This document shows positions 27,513 through 32,000 of a DNA stretch of 32,000 bases, one piece after another; within the stretch, counting starts at the first letter, position 1; every line of letters begins with the position of its first letter. The stretch comes from Thermodesulfobacterium commune DSM 2178. GTDB lineage: Bacteria; Desulfobacterota; Thermodesulfobacteria; Thermodesulfobacteriales; Thermodesulfobacteriaceae. The notes beneath the pieces are model-generated. The model did no database searches. It was not told the DNA's origin and saw only the letters and a program-made list of their open reading frames with translations. Position numbers and translations under genes: made by a program. Where the stretch lies: contig NZ_CP008796.1 of NCBI RefSeq assembly GCF_000734015.1, positions 570,001 to 602,000 on the forward strand, read 5' to 3'.

Positions 27513-27866
27513 ATGTCATACAGACCAGAAAAAGTAGGTAGTCTTTTACAACAGGTTATAACAGAAATTTTGATGTATGAACTAAACGATCCAATTTTCA
27601 AACAATTCATTACGATCACTGAGGTTAAAATAGGTGGAGACTTAAGAAAAGCGGTAGTCTTTTTTAGGGTATATGGAGATACTGCTCCTAACGAGGTTCA
27701 AAAGGCCCTCAATCGTGCCAAAGGTTATATCAAAAAACTAATAGGAGAAAAAATTACTATAAAATACATGCCGGACCTTGAATTTAGATTAGACGACAGA
27801 GAGGAAAAAGAAAAACAACTTAATATGCTGTTTGATAAAATCTCCAGAATCAAAAAGGATGTTTAA
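27513..27866 (+). CDS. rbfA: Ribosome-binding factor A
   Basis: R..KVGSLLQQVITEIL...ITITEVKIGGDLRKAVVFF...PDLEFRLDD. 117 aa. It is in the conserved infB-rbfA-truB context. Confidence 0.92.
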   Translation: MSYRPEKVGSLLQQVITEILMYELNDPIFKQFITITEVKIGGDLRKAVVFFRVYGDTAPNEVQKALNRAKGYIKKLIGEKITIKYMPDLEFRLDDREEKEKQLNMLFDKISRIKKDV

Positions 27867-28839
27867 TCTAACAGCCCTTCTTCAAAAAATTGAAGAAAAC
27901 CAACATTTTATCTTAGTAACCCATATAAACCCAGACATAGATGGTCTTTCTTCTATGTTATCCTTTGGGTTTTTTTTAAAACAAAAAGGGAAAAACTTTT
28001 ATCCTGTGGTAGAACATATACCCCAAAATAGCAAATTTTTAAAGGGTTATCAATGGTTTATCCTACCAGAAAATTTGCCTCAAATTGATAAAGCTTTGGT
28101 CATATTGTTTGATGCTTCCTCTCCGAAAAGGATTGCTTCTAACATAGCAGAAAGATTAAAACTTTTTAAGGAATATGTAATCATAGACCATCATCAAAAA
28201 GAAGAAAATACCTTTGAAGGAGAAACTTTATTTATCGTAGACCCTAACTCACCTTCTACCTCAGCCATTATTTTCGAAATTCTAAAAAAATTAAAAGCTG
28301 AGATTACTTCAGAGATAGCTGAAAATCTTTTAGCTGGACTTTATTTTGACACAGGTGGGTTTAAATATGAAAATACAAAAGCCTATACCTTTGAAGTGGC
28401 CAAAGAACTGTGCGAAAAGGGGGCCAACCCTTCGTATATAGCCAAACAACTTTTTGAACAAGTTTCTTTACAGGAAGCCAACCTTCTAAAAATAGCCCTT
28501 GATCGTTTAGAAATAATATCAAATAAACCCTCTTTTGGTATTTCTTACCTTACCGTTGAAGAATTAGAAAACAGTCCTGTAGAAGATCTTAGTTACATAG
28601 CCAATTTTTTAAAAAGTTTAAAAGAAATTGATATAGTAGCTTTCGTAAAAGAATTTGAGAAAGGAAGCATAGCTGTAAGTTTAAGAGGTAAAGAACCTTT
28701 TGAGGTTTTGGAGATTGCTAAACATTTTGGTGGTGGAGGACATAAATACGCTAGTGGGTTTAAACTTAAGATAGAGGACCTTCAAACGTTTTTGATAGAA
28801 TTTAAAGAGTTTTTGAGGAGTTTTTATGAAAAAAAATGA
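27859..28839 (+). CDS. DHH-family phosphoesterase (NrnA-like oligoribonuclease/pAp phosphatase)
   Basis: HINPDIDGLSS, DHH motif IIDHHQ, the DHHA1 motif GGGGHKYASGF. I prefer the ATG at 27859 (MFNLTALLQKIEE), which overlaps the rbfA stop as ATGTTTAA, over the 27832 start in the ORF track. Confidence 0.85.
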   Translation: MFNLTALLQKIEENQHFILVTHINPDIDGLSSMLSFGFFLKQKGKNFYPVVEHIPQNSKFLKGYQWFILPENLPQIDKALVILFDASSPKRIASNIAERLKLFKEYVIIDHHQKEENTFEGETLFIVDPNSPSTSAIIFEILKKLKAEITSEIAENLLAGLYFDTGGFKYENTKAYTFEVAKELCEKGANPSYIAKQLFEQVSLQEANLLKIALDRLEIISNKPSFGISYLTVEELENSPVEDLSYIANFLKSLKEIDIVAFVKEFEKGSIAVSLRGKEPFEVLEIAKHFGGGGHKYASGFKLKIEDLQTFLIEFKEFLRSFYEKK

Positions 28840-29776
28840 AGAATTAAACGGAATTCTTGTAGTGGATAAACCTGAGGGATTAACCTCTACCCAAACCTTA
28901 GAAAAGGTTAAAAAAATTTTAAAGGTTAAAAAGGCCGGACATGGGGGAACCCTTGACCCCATAGCTACAGGAGTTTTACCTATATTAATTGGCAAGGCCA
29001 CCAAAGTAGCCCAAATCTTCTTAGAAGGTGATAAAATTTACCAGGGGGAGATGCAATTAGGAATTAGCACCCTTACTTTTGATATTACCGGAGAGGTGGT
29101 TGCTAAAAAACCTGTCCCTGAGTTTTCTTTAGAAGATCTTACAAAGGTTGCTCAGACCTTCTTAGGAGAATTAGACCAGACTCCCCCTCCTTTTTCTGCT
29201 GCCAAGTTTAGAGGAAAACCGCTTTATAAATATGCAAGAGATGGTCTTCTTATCCCTAAAGAACCTAAAAAAATTAAAATTTTTCGGTTTGACATTTTAG
29301 AAGTCAACCTACCCTATGTGAGGTTTGAGGTCCACTGTTCTAAAGGAACCTATATCAGGTCTATAATAAACAGTTTCGGAGAAAAGCTTGAATGTGGTGC
29401 AACTTTGACTAAACTTAGAAGAATACAGAAAAGTGTGTTTAAAATAGAAGAAGCTTTAACCTTAGAAGAAATATCGCGACTTGTTGAAGAAAACTACGGA
29501 GAGTTATTAAAAAAAATAATCTCTGTAGAAAAGGCCCTTGAATTTTTACCCAAGATACTTGTAAGTGAAGATTTTTCTAAACGTATACAAGAAGGAAGAA
29601 CTATGTATACCTCTTCTTTTATCTCTTTTATAAAATTTCAAAAACTTACTTTATCTCCCAGTCATGACTGGATAAGGATTTTAAACCCAAAGGGAAAGTT
29701 GATTGCTATTATTGAAAATCCGTTAAAAAACCTTTCCAGTGAGTATATAAAATATTTTCGAGTCTTTAAAGACTAA
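28826..29776 (+). CDS. truB: tRNA pseudouridine(55) synthase
   Basis: GILVVDKPEGLTS, catalytic Asp motif HGGTLDPIATGVLPI and a C-terminal PUA-like extension. 316 aa. Confidence 0.94.
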   Translation: MKKNEELNGILVVDKPEGLTSTQTLEKVKKILKVKKAGHGGTLDPIATGVLPILIGKATKVAQIFLEGDKIYQGEMQLGISTLTFDITGEVVAKKPVPEFSLEDLTKVAQTFLGELDQTPPPFSAAKFRGKPLYKYARDGLLIPKEPKKIKIFRFDILEVNLPYVRFEVHCSKGTYIRSIINSFGEKLECGATLTKLRRIQKSVFKIEEALTLEEISRLVEENYGELLKKIISVEKALEFLPKILVSEDFSKRIQEGRTMYTSSFISFIKFQKLTLSPSHDWIRILNPKGKLIAIIENPLKNLSSEYIKYFRVFKD

Positions 29777-29781
29777 CCATA

Positions 29782-30669
29782 ATGAAAAGAATAAACCATT
29801 TCTTAAGTCTGGCTTTAAGATTTATCATTACCTTTGGCATTTTGTTTTTTCTTTTTAAAAAAACCGATTTTGTTAAGCTAAAAGAGATTTTTAAAAATCT
29901 GTCGCTTCCTTTTTATCTAACTGCCCTTCTTTGTTTTAACAGTTTTCAGCTTATGGTAGCTTTAAGATGGCAGAAAATCTGTGAAACTTGGGGTTTTAAA
30001 CAAAGCTATCTTTTCTTTTTAAAAAGCTATCTGATGGGATTTTCATTAAATACGGTTATGCCAGGGATAGTGGGAGGAGACCTTTTAAGGACTTTTCTTT
30101 TAACCAGACAGGGCCTTCCCTTTAAAAAAGCCACCTTTAGCGTTATGATCGATAGATTTTATGGTCTTTTAGGTATTTTTTTTATCCTCTCTATTTCTCT
30201 TCCTTTATATGGACAATTTTTACCTAAAAAACTTTACTATTTTTCTACCATTCTTACCTATTCTACAATTTTAAGTTTTTTCTTAATCTCGGTATTTTTT
30301 ACTAAAATCTATTCTACGGACTATTTTAGGCCTGTTTCCTTACCTTATAATCTATTTCCGATACTTCTTGGGGTATTAATCCAGGTTTTTTTTGTTCTTC
30401 AGTTTGTTCTTTTGGGTAAAGCCTTACATTTAAACATAAGTTATGTATATTATTTTGTGATGATCCCTATCATTAGTTTTCTTGCTGCCTTGCCTATTAG
30501 TATTTCAGGTTTAGGTGTAAGGGAGGGAGGTTTAAGTTATTTTGTTTCTTTGTTAGGGTTTTCCATAGAACATGGTGTTTTATTAGGGATGTTAGGGTAT
30601 AGTTTAATCCTTATTTCTGCCCTTCCTGGGTTATATTTTTATCTAAAGGCAAAGGTTTCATGGAAATAA
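29782..30669 (+). CDS. Lysylphosphatidylglycerol-synthase-TM-region family (UPF0104, flippase-like) membrane protein
   Basis: About 8 hydrophobic helices. FQLMVALRWQKI and GGDLLRTFLL motifs are typical of PF03706-type proteins as I recall them. 295 aa. Confidence 0.65.
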   Translation: MKRINHFLSLALRFIITFGILFFLFKKTDFVKLKEIFKNLSLPFYLTALLCFNSFQLMVALRWQKICETWGFKQSYLFFLKSYLMGFSLNTVMPGIVGGDLLRTFLLTRQGLPFKKATFSVMIDRFYGLLGIFFILSISLPLYGQFLPKKLYYFSTILTYSTILSFFLISVFFTKIYSTDYFRPVSLPYNLFPILLGVLIQVFFVLQFVLLGKALHLNISYVYYFVMIPIISFLAALPISISGLGVREGGLSYFVSLLGFSIEHGVLLGMLGYSLILISALPGLYFYLKAKVSWK

Positions 30670-31274
30670 GCCTTTTGTTTAAAAGTTTTATCGCTCTTTT
30701 TACGATCATAGACCCGATAGCTGGGGCACCTTTCTTTTTAAGTATAACCAGCGGTTATTCTGAAAAAGAAAGGCAAAGGATAGCCTTAAAAGCCTGTGTT
30801 ACAGCTTTGATTACCCTTTTACTATTTTTTTGGTTAGGTAAATACATTCTTATTTTATTTCAAATTTCTCTTTCTTCTTTTAGGATAGCAGGAGGGACTC
30901 TACTTTTCATAACCGCCTTAGAGATGCTTTTTGGCAAAACCACTCAGGTAAAAACTTCAGAACAGGAAACCACCCAGGTAAGAGAGTTAGAAGACCCTTC
31001 TGTAGTTCCTTTAGGTATTCCTTACTTAGCAGGTCCTGGGGCAATTACCACTACCATCATCTTAGGGGAAACCCCTGATTTAACCACTAAATTAGCCCTT
31101 TCAGGGGTGATCTTTCTGGTGATAGTCATCACCTATCTTATTCTTAAGGCCTCAACCCAGATTTTCAAACATCTGGGAGAACTTGGTACTAAGGCTGTGG
31201 TGAGAATTTTAGGTCTTATTCTGGCAAGTATTGCTATAGAATACATCCTAAAGGGATTAAAAGAGGTTTTTTAA
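30660..31274 (+). CDS. MarC-family (UPF0056) integral membrane protein
   Basis: The N-terminus FIALFTIIDPIAGAPFFLSIT, and VVPLGIPYLAGPGAITTTI, are the two conserved MarC half-motifs. 204 aa. It overlaps the upstream gene by 10 nt. Confidence 0.85.
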   Translation: MEISLLFKSFIALFTIIDPIAGAPFFLSITSGYSEKERQRIALKACVTALITLLLFFWLGKYILILFQISLSSFRIAGGTLLFITALEMLFGKTTQVKTSEQETTQVRELEDPSVVPLGIPYLAGPGAITTTIILGETPDLTTKLALSGVIFLVIVITYLILKASTQIFKHLGELGTKAVVRILGLILASIAIEYILKGLKEVF

Positions 31275-31318
31275 CAAGTTTTTAGCAAGGAAAGTATTTA
31301 AAATCTAAAAAATTTTTT

Positions 31319-31324
31319 TATAAT
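31319..31324 (+). promoter_or_regulatory. Possible -10 box (TATAAT) 9 nt upstream of the permease ATG
   Basis: TATAAT, then tataaaact, then ATG. There is no SD. The -35 (ATTTAA region) is poor. Confidence 0.3.
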
Positions 31325-31333
31325 TATAAAACT

Positions 31334-32000
31334 ATGGATATCTTTAGGAAAAAACCGTTTAATGCTGTTCAGCAAACCTCTAAACTTAAGCGCGCTCTTT
31401 CGTTAAAAGACATCGTTTTAATAGGGATAGGGGCGGTAGTTGGAGCAGGTATTTTTGTGGTAACCGGACAGGCTGCAGCTTCTTATGCTGGGCCTGGGAT
31501 TTTGCTTTCTTTTATCCTTGCAGGAATAGGTATAGGATTAACTGCTTTGGTATACGCAGAGTTTTGTTCAGCTTTTCCTTTAGCTGGAGGAGCCTATAAT
31601 TATGTATATTTTGCTTTGGGAGAATTTTGGGCTTGGTTGGTTGGTTGGAATGTACTTTTAGAATACGGGATTGCTACAGCAGCTGTTTCTACCGGTTGGT
31701 CTGGTTATTTAAGGGCTTTTTTAGAAAATAACTTGGGGTGGGTCTTACCTAAAGCCCTTTCAGGTCCTTTTAACCCTAACCAAGGTACCTTTGTGGACCT
31801 TTTTGCCCTTGTAGGGGTCTTAGTAATCTTCATCTTGGTAACCATAGGGATTAGAAAAAGTGCTTTTTTTAATAACTTGGTGGTGGTGTTAAAGATAATA
31901 ACCTTGTTAGTTTTTGTATTATTTGGGTTAAAACATGTTAAATGGGAAAACTTTCAACCCTTCTTGCCTTTTGGATGGGAAGGGGTCTGGAGAGGAGCTG
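31334..32000 (+). CDS. APC-superfamily amino acid permease (cationic amino acid transporter-like), 5' part only; runs off the window
   Basis: The open frame runs from the ATG at 31334 to the window end and is not in the ORF track because no stop is reached. Sequence is MDIFRKKPF...LSLKDIVLIGIGAVVGAGIFVVTGQAAASYAGPGILLSFILAGIGIGLTALVYAEF...AGGAYNYVY, the standard APC N-terminal consensus. Confidence 0.85.
   Translation, partial: MDIFRKKPFNAVQQTSKLKRALSLKDIVLIGIGAVVGAGIFVVTGQAAASYAGPGILLSFILAGIGIGLTALVYAEFCSAFPLAGGAYNYVYFALGEFWAWLVGWNVLLEYGIATAAVSTGWSGYLRAFLENNLGWVLPKALSGPFNPNQGTFVDLFALVGVLVIFILVTIGIRKSAFFNNLVVVLKIITLLVFVLFGLKHVKWENFQPFLPFGWEGVWRGA

Overview
This is an AT-rich (about one-third G+C by eye), very tightly packed bacterial chromosome segment. 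The K/E/I/Y-rich proteins and the gene content (kdsB, a PpiD-like chaperone, a TonB-like anchor) suggest a thermophilic, diderm-type organism, but that is inference only. About 28 protein genes and one tRNA are supported, and nearly all are housekeeping. They include PhoU-DUF47, lepB, lepA, an ABC-2 exporter pair, purA, a four-gene biotin-dependent carboxylase cluster with its own biotin ligase, and carB. They also include a PpiD-like gene, tRNA-Ala(CGC), rpsT, gltX, a Memo-like gene, kdsB, infB-DUF503-rbfA-nrnA-truB, an LPG-synthase-TM family protein, MarC and a truncated APC permease. The only clearly accessory DNA is a nested insertion at 5744-8028. There an intact IS256-family element (8-bp target duplication) sits inside a decayed rve/ISNCY-like IS remnant (TGT...ACA ends, 14-bp target duplication), between two divergent promoters. 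I see no CRISPR array, prophage, toxin-antitoxin pair, recognisable defence island or secondary-metabolite cluster, and I cannot honestly claim a clearly novel system. The best candidate for something undescribed is the purA-linked carboxylase cluster (9423-14497). It has a single-chain AccA-AccD carboxyltransferase with a ~150-aa unassigned linker and an altered Cys cluster. Its carrier is a 219-aa tandem biotinyl-like protein lacking the canonical AMKM motif, and its co-encoded BirA-like ligase has a degenerate GRGRxGR loop. Smaller oddities are a PhoU-DUF47 fusion, a stand-alone 70-aa arginine-rich protein and a terminator hairpin that also buries the SD of the downstream ABC-lepA-lepB operon. 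A tRNA also lies 10 nt after the rpsT stop, and two mRNAs are possibly leaderless. All homology calls are by-eye motif recognition; no searches were run.
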